The notes under the pieces were generated by a model. That model searched no databases and was not told where the DNA came from. It saw only the letters and a list, made by a program, of their open reading frames with translations. Position numbers and translations under genes: made by a program. This document shows, piece by piece, positions 10,047-20,822 of a stretch of DNA of 64,000 nucleotides. The first letter of the stretch is position 1. Every line of letters begins with the position of its first letter. The stretch covers positions 736,001 through 800,000 of the forward strand of contig JAVZJD010000001.1 in the NCBI GenBank assembly GCA_038870975.1. Reading direction: 5' to 3'. This stretch comes from Candidatus Bathyarchaeia archaeon (GTDB lineage Archaea; Thermoproteota; CALKCG01; B24).

Positions 10047-10985
10047 ATGACCAACGACATCAAAATACTCGTAATAGATCCTTTAGACGATGAATTTTTC
10101 AATATTCTAAACGATAAGGCTGTAATAATCAAAGCATACAACTGTCATCAAAATCTAATAGAACTCGTAAGGGATGTCTCTGTCATAGTTACACGTAGTA
10201 GCCATAAGATAGATAAAGCAGTAATCGACAACGCTAAAAACCTTAAGATAATAGCCAGAGCCGGCGTCGGATTGGACAACATAGATGTAGATTACGCAAT
10301 TAGACAAGGTATAACAGTCATATCTACACCTGATGCTTCTACCAGAGCTGTAGCTGAACTTACTATGGGCTTTATAATAGCATTGGCGAGGCGGATGACC
10401 GCATTTAACAGATTTATGCAGGATGGAGAATGGTGTAAAAACTCTACATTTGGAGTTGAACTTGCAGGTAAAACCTTAGGAATAATTGGGCTCGGAAGAA
10501 TAGGTAGTCAAGTAGCTAAGCTTGCCAGAGCGTTTAGAATGCGCGTAATAGCGTATGACCCATATATTTCTCCAGTGAAAGCCAAGAAACTTAAAGTCGA
10601 ACTTAAGAAAAACTTGGACGATCTTCTCGTGGAGTCTGATTTTGTTTCTATTCATGCTTCTTTGACTTCTGAGACTAGGGGTTTGATTGGTGAGCGTGAG
10701 CTTAGGCTTATGAAGCCTACTGCCTTCCTCGTGAATACTGCTAGAGGTGCTATTGTAGATGAGAATGCCTTGGTGAAGGCTTTAAGGGAGAATTGGATTG
10801 CAGGTGCAGCATTAGACGTATACTCTGAGGAGCCACTACCGAGGGAACACCCACTAAGAAAAATGGAAAACACAATACTAACACCACACATAGGTGGTTC
10901 AACAGTAGAGGCGCAGAAGAAAATAGCTAGGATTCTTGCCATGAAAATAGTAAAGACTTTAGAAAAATTGGGGAAAACGGGTTGA
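10047..10985 (+). CDS. serA: D-3-phosphoglycerate dehydrogenase / D-2-hydroxyacid dehydrogenase (short form)
   Basis: RAGVGLDNID, GLGRIG, NTARG, DVYSEEP, TPHIGGST. Confidence 0.75.
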   Translation: MTNDIKILVIDPLDDEFFNILNDKAVIIKAYNCHQNLIELVRDVSVIVTRSSHKIDKAVIDNAKNLKIIARAGVGLDNIDVDYAIRQGITVISTPDASTRAVAELTMGFIIALARRMTAFNRFMQDGEWCKNSTFGVELAGKTLGIIGLGRIGSQVAKLARAFRMRVIAYDPYISPVKAKKLKVELKKNLDDLLVESDFVSIHASLTSETRGLIGERELRLMKPTAFLVNTARGAIVDENALVKALRENWIAGAALDVYSEEPLPREHPLRKMENTILTPHIGGSTVEAQKKIARILAMKIVKTLEKLGKTG

Positions 10986-10998
10986 AAAAATAGGTTAT

Positions 10999-12408
10999 CT
11001 AGTTTCCTCCAATTGCTCTATCTAATTCCCCATTAATCCATGGATACAGTGCTTTAAGTTCTCTTAAAGCCTCTACGACTTTCTCTCTTGGATAATAGTA
11101 TGGGCTAAGTTTACCCCTTAGATAGTCGTCGAAGGCTTTCAGGTCCAAAAGGCCATGACCGCACAATAGGAACAGTATGGTTTTCTCCTCACCAGTTTCT
11201 CTGCATTTCAATGCTTCATCTACTACCGCTCTAATAGCATGACTAGGCTCAGGTGCTGGTATGATTCCTTCAGACCTTGTAAACATAGTAGCTGCTTCGA
11301 ATACTTTCACTTGGTCGTAGGCTTTGGTTTTCACTAAGCCATTTTTTGCTAATAAGCATAATGTGGGGGCTTTACCGTGGTATCTTAATCCTCCTGCGTG
11401 TATTGGTGGAGGTATAAAACTATGACCCAATGTGTACATTTTTATTAGAGGTGTAAGTCTTGCCGTATCTCCGTGATCGTATGTATAGTATCCTTGAGTT
11501 ATAGAAGGACATGCCGTAGGTTCAACTGCTATGTACTCCGTATCTTTTGGAGCTTTCCCTGAAACCTTATCGTAGTAAAACGGCCATAGTAGCCCTGAAA
11601 AGCTACTTCCACCGCCTATACATCCTATTATAACATCTGGATAGTCGTCGATTAGTTCAAGTTGTTTCTTTGCCTCTAAGCCTATTACCGTTTGATGTAT
11701 TAAAACATGTGTTAGAACGCTTCCAAGAGTATACTTGGTTCTTGGGTTTTTCACAGCATCCTCTATAGCCTCACTTATAGCTATACCTAAACTACCTGGA
11801 TTATCCGGGTTCTCCTCAAGTAGCTTCCTACCGAATTCTGTTCGACTGCTTGGGCTCGGTAAAACCTCAGCACCCCACACCTCCATCAAAATTCTCCTAT
11901 ACGGTTTCTGATCGTAGCTAACTCTAACCATGTATACAGTCGACTTCATTCCAAACGTCATACATGCGAATGCTAAAGCCGAACCCCATTGTCCAGCTCC
12001 AGTTTCCGTTGTAAGTCTCTCAATGCCCTCCTTGAGGTTGTAGTATGCCTGAGCTACAGCCGTATTGGGTTTATGGCTTCCCGGGGGACTTACACCCTCG
12101 TATTTAAAATAGATTTTAGCAGGCGTTTTAAGCAGTTTTTCAAGCCTATAGGCTCTATATAGCGGCGTCGGCCTCCAGAGCCTATAAACGTCTCTAACTT
12201 CTTCAGGTATCGGTATCCAACGGTCTTGGGATATCTCCTGCCTTATAAGTTCCTTAGCAAATATCACTTCAAGCTCTTCAGGTTTAACTGGTTCTCTAGT
12301 CGCCGGATTTATAGGCGGAGGCAGTGGCTCAGGTAGATCTGGTAGTATGTTATACCATTCTCTGGGTATATCTTCTTCGTTTAAATAGACCTTATACTCT
12401 TGATTCAT
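10999..12408 (-). CDS. trpB2: Tryptophan synthase beta chain type 2, stand-alone copy
   Basis: [42 protein letters not shown]; start moved to ATG 12408. Confidence 0.95.
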   Translation of the reverse strand: MNQEYKVYLNEEDIPREWYNILPDLPEPLPPPINPATREPVKPEELEVIFAKELIRQEISQDRWIPIPEEVRDVYRLWRPTPLYRAYRLEKLLKTPAKIYFKYEGVSPPGSHKPNTAVAQAYYNLKEGIERLTTETGAGQWGSALAFACMTFGMKSTVYMVRVSYDQKPYRRILMEVWGAEVLPSPSSRTEFGRKLLEENPDNPGSLGIAISEAIEDAVKNPRTKYTLGSVLTHVLIHQTVIGLEAKKQLELIDDYPDVIIGCIGGGSSFSGLLWPFYYDKVSGKAPKDTEYIAVEPTACPSITQGYYTYDHGDTARLTPLIKMYTLGHSFIPPPIHAGGLRYHGKAPTLCLLAKNGLVKTKAYDQVKVFEAATMFTRSEGIIPAPEPSHAIRAVVDEALKCRETGEEKTILFLLCGHGLLDLKAFDDYLRGKLSPYYYPREKVVEALRELKALYPWINGELDRAIGGN

Positions 12409-12433
12409 GAGAGAAATGAAGCTTAAAAGGTTT

Positions 12434-12463
12434 CTTTTAAACTTTGTTGAACAAAAATGTACA
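12434..12463 (-). promoter_or_regulatory. TRP-box pair plus TATA box of trpB2
   Basis: Minus strand TGTACA-TTTT-TGTTCA-ACAAAG-TTTAAAA. Confidence 0.7.
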
Positions 12464-12467
12464 TTAA

Positions 12468-13703
12468 TCATCGTTTAAGGCTAAGTCTCCTAGAAAGCGC
12501 TAAAATACCTGAGGATACTAATCCAAGCGCTCCCATGAATAATAGTGCTGGTGTGAAAGAAGCGAAATAATCTAAAAGAAAACCCATAATACTCGTCCAT
12601 ATGGAGGCAAATATGAAGTTCGTAGTAAAGTAGACACCTACTGCTAGGTCTTTTGCATATCCTTTAGTTATACTCAACAAGTACGACTGTGTAAGTGTGG
12701 CTATAGAAAAGCTCATGAAAAATAGAATGAAAAGGTGGATTCCTATTGTAAAGTCTGGGCTCTTGTAGATTGTTAAGAAACACGTTAAGATGGCTGAAGT
12801 AGATGTCGATATAACAGCCCCCTTAAGATAACCAATTTTAGCTGAATATTTCCCGAGTAGTACTGGGCCAATCACACCCCCCAATAGTCCCATCGTATAG
12901 ATAATCCCCCTTTCATATACATCTGCGCCAACACCATTTGCTAGGAAAATAGGTATATACGTCGTCATAATCGTTAAATCTGTTCCCCCAGAGTTTATGG
13001 CTAAAGCAACTAGTACAAGGATTATAGACTTTTCGTTAAGCAATGTTCTTACATCTGATTTTATAGACGATTTTACACCGCTACTAACAACAGGCTTTCT
13101 TCCTCTCAAACACAGCAGTAGTAGAATCCCTATCGCAAGCGGTGGAAGAGAGAAAATAAGAAAAGTCCCCCTCCATCCTAGGTACTGGGAAAGTAGAGTC
13201 GCTACGACAGGTCCGACTATATTGCCTATGTAGGCAAATCCGAAGAAGAATCCTATAGCTCTTCCAAGAGTCTTCTCGTCATATTCCTCGGCCAGTATTG
13301 CGGCACCCATTGGATGTTGCGGTGCAACTCCAATTGAGAAAATATTTCTAGCTATGAGAAAGTCTATAAAACCCTTGGCTAGACTGGTTAAAGCACCACC
13401 TAAAAATATGAGGAAATCGCCTATCCCCAGTAGAATATGTCTCGCAACAGCCCTACTCGACATACTGAAAGCCACCTGCAATATACCCCCAATAAAGGAT
13501 GCCATACCTATGATAAGTCCGAAAGAGGAATAGCTCAGATTGAGATCGACTATCATTATAGGGAATAGTATGGATAAACCTACGAATAGATGTTGCATGG
13601 CATGGGATGATGTAACAATTGCTAAAACCATTTTGGAAGTTATAGCCTCTCTTCTGTATTCTTCTACTGTCAAGTAAGACCTATTGGAATTTTCCGTATA
13701 CAT
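12468..13703 (-). CDS. MFS transporter
   Basis: About 12 hydrophobic segments; HPMGAAIL...GRAIG, LGWRGTF. Confidence 0.85.
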   Translation of the reverse strand: MYTENSNRSYLTVEEYRREAITSKMVLAIVTSSHAMQHLFVGLSILFPIMIVDLNLSYSSFGLIIGMASFIGGILQVAFSMSSRAVARHILLGIGDFLIFLGGALTSLAKGFIDFLIARNIFSIGVAPQHPMGAAILAEEYDEKTLGRAIGFFFGFAYIGNIVGPVVATLLSQYLGWRGTFLIFSLPPLAIGILLLLCLRGRKPVVSSGVKSSIKSDVRTLLNEKSIILVLVALAINSGGTDLTIMTTYIPIFLANGVGADVYERGIIYTMGLLGGVIGPVLLGKYSAKIGYLKGAVISTSTSAILTCFLTIYKSPDFTIGIHLFILFFMSFSIATLTQSYLLSITKGYAKDLAVGVYFTTNFIFASIWTSIMGFLLDYFASFTPALLFMGALGLVSSGILALSRRLSLKR

Positions 13704-13905
13704 ATATTAACTTTACTAGACTGAACTGCCTTCAATCCATTTGTTTTCACAGGTAACATCAATAATATTGATGCTACGCTTCGCTGTAGATTATTATCTT
13801 ATTTACCCGGAATTTTTAAAAAGATGTCTAATGTTCCTAATACTATTTAATGGTCATTCAACTCCTGAGTTTCCTTAGTGCCATGGGATTAGCTATGCTA
13901 TATCT

Positions 13906-13961
13906 ATAAAATTTTCCTTATCTAAATTTTAGACAAATTTTCTTGTCTAAAACTTTAAAAA
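13906..13961 (+). promoter_or_regulatory. Palindromic operator TTTTAGACAA-ATTTTC-TTGTCTAAAA abutting a TATA box, with a degenerate second copy upstream
   Basis: Perfect 10-6-10 palindrome at 13927-13952; TTTAAAAA at 13954; 25 bp identical to 24684-24708. Confidence 0.75.
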
Positions 13962-13986
13962 TATTGAGGAAAAGAATTATTTGAAC

Positions 13987-14526
13987 ATGATTGAAAAATG
14001 GAGAAAACATGATATTTATTATGGCTATGAGTATTACTACAAGTTAAATGACCTTATTAAATCTGGTAAATGTAACCACGATGTAAGAAGCACTCCAGAG
14101 TATAAATTGCTATCAACTATAAACCCTCATCTCGCTGAGGCTCTGGCTATTGAAAATGAAATTATTAATTTAAGGAATTCGCTTAAGAATAATCGTTCAG
14201 AGAAAGGGAAAAACAACTATCTAAAAAATTTAAAGCTTCAAAATCAGATAAGAAAACTTGAGCTTAAGAGAGATCTTGAATTGAATAAAGCTAAAACAAG
14301 ATTAGGTTATATAGATACAATGAATGCTTGGAAAAGAAGGAGAGCTAAGGAAAAAATCGCAAAAATTAGAAAAATACCAGGCAAAGTTAAAACCAAGATC
14401 AATGATTTCATAACAAGTCTTATAGCCAAAGGGATTGAAAAAACTACTATTCCTTATAAAATAGAGGAAATTGTTAAAAACGGAATGAATCAGACGCTAA
14501 AAGATCTGGTGGAGGAAAAAAGTTAA
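13987..14526 (+). CDS. Hypothetical basic, coiled-coil-rich protein
   Basis: Open AT-rich ORF rich in Lys/Asn, preceded by a TATA box and the palindrome. Confidence 0.65.
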   Translation: MIEKWRKHDIYYGYEYYYKLNDLIKSGKCNHDVRSTPEYKLLSTINPHLAEALAIENEIINLRNSLKNNRSEKGKNNYLKNLKLQNQIRKLELKRDLELNKAKTRLGYIDTMNAWKRRRAKEKIAKIRKIPGKVKTKINDFITSLIAKGIEKTTIPYKIEEIVKNGMNQTLKDLVEEKS

Positions 14527-14574
14527 TTTTAAACCCCTCAGCGCTCCATCTTACGTAGGAAGCATATTATCTAG

Positions 14575-15804
14575 TTAATCTTCATTAACTACTGTTATGT
14601 GAGTTGCACAGGATATACAGGGGTCGAATGCCCTTATAGCGGTTTTAAGATTTTCCACAGCCTCTTTTACTGGTAGACCTTTTTCAAGAGCCCTTTCAAC
14701 GATATTTCTAGAAAACGCCTTAAGAAAGGGTAGATTTAACTCCGTTGGAGTTATTATTTTAATGCTCTTTACTACTTCTTCTTCAACTTCACACTCGTAA
14801 ATCAATGTACCCCTAGGAGCTTCAACGAAACATCTTCCGAAGCCGCTCTTCTTCTGTGGAGTTTTCCTGTACAATCCTTCTAAGTCCTTTAAAGTTCTCA
14901 ATAAATTCATAGAATACGATAGAGCATTTATAATCTCTAAAATCCTAAGCATGTAAAGATTAAGTAGATTATAAATTGGGAGACCCTCTTCTAGACTATA
15001 ATGTAAGCTAATGAGAGTTTGTCGAGCCAAAGGCCCTGTAAGAATGTCTCTAGTTAACAGGTCTTTAAGTTCTTCCAGAACTTCTAACTCTCTCCAGCTT
15101 GTGCCCTCGTATACCTTAAGCGTACCGTTTATCGGATCCATATCTCTACCGAAGCTTGTAATAAGAGCAGGTGTTCTCTCCAAATTAAACATCTCATAGT
15201 ATTTAGACTTACTAAGATTCTTGGAAATGTTCAGAGCCCAGTTCATGTCTTCCAAGACCTTTTTAACCTCTCTCTCAAGATCGTTTATTGAAGACCCTAC
15301 GATCGGCATATTTAGAAGACCTCCTACTGTCGATATCCCAGGTGATATGGGTCCTCCCGCTATTGATGATAGTAGTCGATCGGCAAACCTTATAACGTTT
15401 AAACCACTACGGAGTAGTCTATAATCCAATAGCTTTTCATCCATTCCAAGAAGTCTAGTGGCATCTTGAAGTCCCATTAAAAAAAGATTATAGGAATGAC
15501 TTCTAATATGTTCTAAGCTCAGAATCAGCCGTCTAACACTTGATGCTAATGGAGGTGCTTCTACATTCAAAGCCTTCTCTAATGCTATAGAGGCGGCTAT
15601 TTGGTGAGAAAACGGGCAGACGCCACATACTTTTGTCACTAACGATGGAATAATGTGGGCTCTTTTTCCGCGTAGAAGGGTTTCAAACTTCCTTAAAACC
15701 GGAAGATTAAGCTCCAATTCTTGAACCTTCCGTTTATGTATTTTAACGATGACTTCTGAAGCGCCTTCAACTCTCGTAAGCGGATGTACTTGTTTAAAAG
15801 ACAT
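14575..15804 (-). CDS. Group 3 (MvhA-like) [NiFe]-hydrogenase large subunit, divergent
   Basis: PLTRVEG, L1 KVCGVCPFSH, EAPRGTL, L2 FDPCISCATH plus a short C-terminal extension. Confidence 0.9.
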   Translation of the reverse strand: MSFKQVHPLTRVEGASEVIVKIHKRKVQELELNLPVLRKFETLLRGKRAHIIPSLVTKVCGVCPFSHQIAASIALEKALNVEAPPLASSVRRLILSLEHIRSHSYNLFLMGLQDATRLLGMDEKLLDYRLLRSGLNVIRFADRLLSSIAGGPISPGISTVGGLLNMPIVGSSINDLEREVKKVLEDMNWALNISKNLSKSKYYEMFNLERTPALITSFGRDMDPINGTLKVYEGTSWRELEVLEELKDLLTRDILTGPLARQTLISLHYSLEEGLPIYNLLNLYMLRILEIINALSYSMNLLRTLKDLEGLYRKTPQKKSGFGRCFVEAPRGTLIYECEVEEEVVKSIKIITPTELNLPFLKAFSRNIVERALEKGLPVKEAVENLKTAIRAFDPCISCATHITVVNED

Positions 15805-16537
15805 ACTCCCTCTTCCCATATAGGTTTAGGATATCTATAACATCATACTTCAACTCCTTAGGAATGGTAAGTAAAGCTAAGAAATCAATTAGAGATGTTA
15901 ACGAATTATCCTTAAGTGTACCCATACATCCATAGCAACTCCCACCTTGAACAATACATTTTGCCTCACATCCAGCTCTAGTTATAGGTCCAAGGCATAG
16001 AATCCCCTCCTCTAATAGGCACTGCTCGGTTTTCCGCTTTGGAAAAATTTCTCTAATGATTATTGGATATTTTGCCCTACAAGGATGGAATGGGCACTCT
16101 GAGCATACGTTAACTGTCTTATGTTTGAATTCTCTACCACCGATTAAGGCGTAAAGTAGCATCGACATCAGGTTTTCAGGAGGGGGGCAACCTGGGAGCT
16201 CCAGGTCCACTTTTATTATACTATGTATGGGTTTAAGCTCTAGCTCTTTAACATTGCTCGAGATACCTCCAAAGCATGCACAAGACCCTATGGAAATTAC
16301 TCTTCTAGCCTTTGCACGTACTTTTTTAAGCAATTTTTCATCTTCTTTCAAAGCTGAGCCCTCTATAAGTAGCACATCACAATCATCTACATCTCCCCCA
16401 TCCTTTATCATTGGGAAAAAAGCCACGTAACCCTTATTCCATAGTTCTCTAAAGACACTTGAATCTATTACTGATGTTAAACAGCCGCTGCATCCAATAA
16501 ATTGGAGGAAACCTATTTTAGAGGCTTTTAGCCCCAT
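15794..16537 (-). CDS. Group 3 (MvhG-like) [NiFe]-hydrogenase small subunit
   Basis: CSGC, GSCACFGG, PGCPP, CSEC...CLGPITRAGCEAKC...CYGC. Confidence 0.9.
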   Translation of the reverse strand: MGLKASKIGFLQFIGCSGCLTSVIDSSVFRELWNKGYVAFFPMIKDGGDVDDCDVLLIEGSALKEDEKLLKKVRAKARRVISIGSCACFGGISSNVKELELKPIHSIIKVDLELPGCPPPENLMSMLLYALIGGREFKHKTVNVCSECPFHPCRAKYPIIIREIFPKRKTEQCLLEEGILCLGPITRAGCEAKCIVQGGSCYGCMGTLKDNSLTSLIDFLALLTIPKELKYDVIDILNLYGKREYVF

Positions 16538-16539
16538 TG

Positions 16540-19017
16540 CTAAGAACCTCCTAGGTTGCGCATAAAATCGTCCAAAGCTTTTGCGAAAACCCTCCCCTCA
16601 ACGGCAGACAACTGAAGGATTTTAACTTTATTTTTAAACATATTTTCAAATAACTGGATGTTTTCTATTCTTTTCTCAGCAAGTTCAGCTCCTAAACCAT
16701 AGCGGCATGACTCTTTCCTACATCCAACTACTAATACGCCATCGAACCCCTTCTCTAAAGCGTGGGCTATAAGCTCTGAATCTATTAGTCCAGCACACGT
16801 AACTTTCAATGTAAACGCTTTAGCGGTATATTCCAGACTTTTAACACCAGCATCTATGAATGCAGGATAGCCGCAGTTAGCACAGGCTAGCACTAAAACC
16901 TTCGGTTTAAAGTATGCCTTTGAAAATTCATCCATAAATGCTAATAACTCCTCTTCATTAATTGAGGATAAGCGTAGCGCATCTGTAGGACATACCGCCG
17001 TACAAAGACCACAAGCCTTGCACTTGAACTGATCTACGGTCATTTTGTCCGCAGAAAATTTTATTGCGTTAAATGGACACACTGTAGCACAAAGACCGCA
17101 GGTTCCACAGCTTTTTTCGTCTAATAAAATCCCCTCTTCCTCCACTGTAACTTCACCTTTCGTGAGAAGGGAAGCCACTTTTAATGCTGTAGATTGAGCA
17201 TCGTAGACAAGTTCTCTGTACGTTTTAGGACCAGTTATGGAACCGCATGCGAAAATACCAAAGGGTAACGTATCAGGGTTTAAAAACCCCCTATCTGTTG
17301 TAGAGATATCTAAAAGTTTTTTAAGCTCCATTATACGCTTTCTGGGGTCTTCTCCCAAGTTTAAGATGACTAAATCGCAGTCCCATTCAAATTCATCCCC
17401 TAAAACCTTAGGGCCTTCCTCAATACGTAAGTTCTTAACAATATGAATGGGTAGGTCTTTCAAATTACCCAAAGGCGCATTTGCAGGAATCCTATCCTCT
17501 TCAAAAATTATTCTTATATCCATACTAGAGTCCATCTTCTTCAAAGTTTCAAAATACTTGCGAGCAAGAATGCAACAGTATTTTGAGCAACCTACTTCAT
17601 TTATACATTGAATGATAGCTACCTTTTTGGGATGGGATTTACCAAATCTTAGTAAAACTTCTTCGATTGGAGCTTCTGGGGTGAGTAAGCTCTCTAATTC
17701 GACGTTCGTTATGACGCCAGTAGTCAATCTATGTTTAAACTTTTTCAATAGTTCGCCATTGTAGTTATCGCAACCCGTTGCGATAACTATGGCTCCCACT
17801 CTGTATATATTCTCCATGCCTTTTGAATCGAAATTTATAGCTCTTGATGGACAGTTCTCTTCGCATTTGCGACATGAAAAGCAACGTTGGTTGTCATTTT
17901 TATCCACGATTGCTGCTTTAGGATAAACCGTCGATAATGGGAGGAAGATCTGTTTTCTGACAGTAAAGCCTAGATAACGTTCGTCTGGCTTTTCTACGGG
18001 GCAAACTTCAATACAGCGGCCACAGAGAGAACACCGTTCAGCATCCACATACGTAGGATTAGTCTTAACTATAAGTTGGAAATCCCCAATCTTCCCAGAA
18101 ATTTGGATAACTTCGGAGTTTGTGAGTATTTTAAGATTTTTAAACTCCAGAACGCTTGAGATTATTTCAGACATCATACAGCTAGCACAGTCACTTTCGC
18201 CATACACACTACTCCAATTCATTACCCTACCGCCTAATGTATGCTCCCTCTCTATCAAGTATGTTTCAAACCCCATTAAAGTCATGTATCTGGCAACAAT
18301 TAAACCGCTTATTCCTCCTCCTATAATCGCTACAGACTTAGGAATACGGACAGTCCTCTTGAAGGGCTTAGGTTTAAAATTTATCGCTCGAACAGCTCCA
18401 TTAATTGTACACATAATCTTCTCGAAAGCTTCCTTTGGAGAACTTCGGTTAACCCTTATGCATCCTTCAAGGATATTTACAGCTTCGTAAGGAATATCTA
18501 TGGTTGAAAGAAGTTCACGTAATCCATTATGAATCTCCGGAGAGCAACCTACTATAACAATTCCATCTAAAAGGTTTCTCTCTATCCACTTTTTTATCCT
18601 CTGAAAATTCCCAGGGCTACATACGTTTTTAAATACGTCAACGGCTACAATATTTTCCATTTCAGATAGCTTTGATGATAACTCTTCTAAATTTATAACC
18701 TTAGAAACTTCACCATGACATTCACAAAATATTATACCAATTCTAGAAACACGTATAGGCTCAGCAACACCAGTACGCCTAACTCCCAACCCCTCTTTAA
18801 GTCTTAAGAAATTGTAAAGTTCGTAACCTTCTTCATTTAAAGAATAAAGTTTTCCCCTCTTCTCTATAAAGGGTGAAATCTTACTCAAATGATAATTAAA
18901 TTTACCAGTTTCTTTAACCCCCACCTTTTCCATAAGCTCAGAATAGGTTAGGGGACCCAGTTCTCCTAAAACCCTGATTATGCTTTCTCTTATAGGATGG
19001 GTTAAAACATCGAACAT
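16540..19017 (-). CDS. Winged-helix + HdrA-like flavoprotein + MvhD-like fusion
   Basis: aa 1-75 ArsR-like wHTH (LTHPIRESII...LTYSELM...TGKFNYHL...YSLNEEG); HdrA: CECHG, GCSP, IIGGGISG, CASC, ferredoxin insert, GAIVIATG; two further 4Fe-4S motifs; MvhD: ACANCGY, VTCAG, GFDGVLVVGC...SCRY. Confidence 0.88.
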   Translation of the reverse strand: MFDVLTHPIRESIIRVLGELGPLTYSELMEKVGVKETGKFNYHLSKISPFIEKRGKLYSLNEEGYELYNFLRLKEGLGVRRTGVAEPIRVSRIGIIFCECHGEVSKVINLEELSSKLSEMENIVAVDVFKNVCSPGNFQRIKKWIERNLLDGIVIVGCSPEIHNGLRELLSTIDIPYEAVNILEGCIRVNRSSPKEAFEKIMCTINGAVRAINFKPKPFKRTVRIPKSVAIIGGGISGLIVARYMTLMGFETYLIEREHTLGGRVMNWSSVYGESDCASCMMSEIISSVLEFKNLKILTNSEVIQISGKIGDFQLIVKTNPTYVDAERCSLCGRCIEVCPVEKPDERYLGFTVRKQIFLPLSTVYPKAAIVDKNDNQRCFSCRKCEENCPSRAINFDSKGMENIYRVGAIVIATGCDNYNGELLKKFKHRLTTGVITNVELESLLTPEAPIEEVLLRFGKSHPKKVAIIQCINEVGCSKYCCILARKYFETLKKMDSSMDIRIIFEEDRIPANAPLGNLKDLPIHIVKNLRIEEGPKVLGDEFEWDCDLVILNLGEDPRKRIMELKKLLDISTTDRGFLNPDTLPFGIFACGSITGPKTYRELVYDAQSTALKVASLLTKGEVTVEEEGILLDEKSCGTCGLCATVCPFNAIKFSADKMTVDQFKCKACGLCTAVCPTDALRLSSINEEELLAFMDEFSKAYFKPKVLVLACANCGYPAFIDAGVKSLEYTAKAFTLKVTCAGLIDSELIAHALEKGFDGVLVVGCRKESCRYGLGAELAEKRIENIQLFENMFKNKVKILQLSAVEGRVFAKALDDFMRNLGGS

Positions 19018-19388
19018 AATCTAGCAAGTACTAAAAAAGACGGTGCAATTATACTTTTCGCATATAAAGAACTCGTCTAAAACCATCCACTAGTGTGAGT
19101 TTTGCATACCATATTTTTACGAGTCTAATGAGCCTCCACTTCTTATCTGAAGGTTCATAATTTATTAGCGATTGGTCAATTAACTTATAAACGTGCTCTT
19201 ATAGTTCAACAATTCTTGCCGACTGTTTTTAGAAGCTTTTTAAATGATTCATCACTTTTCAATCCTCTATCTTTATTCAAAAATACAATCCTGTTATTAA
19301 CCGACTAATTCAAAAGATAAGTGAAGATCAAGTTAAGAGATATGCAAATTAAGTGGTATTTATATTGATATCCCAATATTACGTGGGT

Positions 19389-20822
19389 TTAAAATAATGC
19401 TTCCATAATACCCAACGAGCCTCGTTTTTCTTCTTCAGTACTACTTAAAATTTGCGCTAGAAGTCCTTCTCTCTTCATAGTTATTTCTGGTCTCAAATAT
19501 GGTTGACCCCCTCCATAAAGACATCCTCTATTACATATGTAGAGTTCTATCGCTCCTTCTCGTAATCTTCCATCATTTACGCTCATTAATATTCTCTCCA
19601 TCTCTTGAATTCCTACAGCTTTATTTGTTTTAAAGTTTAACTCATTTAATTTAACCTCATCAAATGACTTTTCAGTCAATATACCGAAGTCTAAAGTACT
19701 TAGTAATCTGATAAGTTCTCTCGTAGTAAGAATAAGCCCTCTACTAAGTTTCCTAGCTAAACACGAAGTAATCCATACAACAGAAGAGCTATCGATTTTA
19801 GGAGGCTCAATCATATACTTAGAAAGTTCTGGATGAAATCGCTGTATATAGATTGCTTCAGCCTCACTGCTTGGAATTATCGTTAGATTATCTTGCACTC
19901 TCACTGCAACCTGAGGCCTCCAGAGGATAACTTTTTCAAATCCTAATTTTTTAAGTGCTGCTACTGCGATTCCGCTAATTCGTTTATCAAAATTCAGTTC
20001 TTCACCAAGAGCTGCTAAAACCTCTGGTTCAACATAGGCTGTTAAGCGAGTTCCAGATTTAAGAAGCCTCTGAACCTCACTTACGGAGCTTCTCTCCTTT
20101 AAAGCACCTACCGGGCAGTATAACGTACATTGACCGCAACTTATGCAAGATGACTCATCTAGCTTAACTTTAAATGGTGTGGATACTGTTGTCTCAATGC
20201 TTCTGTTTATATAGTCTATCGCAGAAACAATTTCTTGACATACTTTAACGCATCGGCCACATGTAATACATTTCTCCCCGTCTAATGATAATGCAGTTCC
20301 CTCGATATCCAGTGTTTTCTCACGAATAAATGGAAATCTTCGCTCCTCTTGTTTAAACCACACGTTTTGGAGAATCTTCTCTAAAAGACTTAACAATTCA
20401 TATCTATTCATCGGGCATCCTCTAACGTAATAATCGACATTGACGAATCTGCTAACTGGCATCGCCTCGCTAAAGTATTTATGTTCAGAGTAATCTTCAA
20501 CATACACACTTTTTACTTCATCTTCATTTGTAAATCTTCTTAAGCCTGGCACACCGCCTAAAACTGCACATGATCCCATTGCTATTAATATCTTAGATCT
20601 TCTTCTGATGTCTTTAATCGTCGCAACATCTCCCTCCGAGACTATAGCACCCTCAATTAGAGAAATGTCATAGTTTTCACATTTTTCATCTGCTCCCAAA
20701 AGCGTGGAGAATACAACCTCAACTTCTTTATTGTAGACCATTTTCAGCAAGTCTTCACTTAAATTTAACATCTCAATAGTACAACCCGAACAACTTCCAA
20801 ACTTGTATATGGCGATTTTCAT
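19389..20822 (-). CDS. Hybrid subunit: [NiFe] small-subunit N-domain fused to 2x[4Fe-4S] and a degenerate [FeFe]-hydrogenase H-domain
   Basis: CSGC, EG, GSCAVLGG, RGCP; CITCGRC, CISCGQC...CPVGAL; ALKKLGFEKV, TSCLARK, LTTREL, ELYICNRGCLYGGGQP. Confidence 0.88.
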   Translation of the reverse strand: MKIAIYKFGSCSGCTIEMLNLSEDLLKMVYNKEVEVVFSTLLGADEKCENYDISLIEGAIVSEGDVATIKDIRRRSKILIAMGSCAVLGGVPGLRRFTNEDEVKSVYVEDYSEHKYFSEAMPVSRFVNVDYYVRGCPMNRYELLSLLEKILQNVWFKQEERRFPFIREKTLDIEGTALSLDGEKCITCGRCVKVCQEIVSAIDYINRSIETTVSTPFKVKLDESSCISCGQCTLYCPVGALKERSSVSEVQRLLKSGTRLTAYVEPEVLAALGEELNFDKRISGIAVAALKKLGFEKVILWRPQVAVRVQDNLTIIPSSEAEAIYIQRFHPELSKYMIEPPKIDSSSVVWITSCLARKLSRGLILTTRELIRLLSTLDFGILTEKSFDEVKLNELNFKTNKAVGIQEMERILMSVNDGRLREGAIELYICNRGCLYGGGQPYLRPEITMKREGLLAQILSSTEEEKRGSLGIMEALF

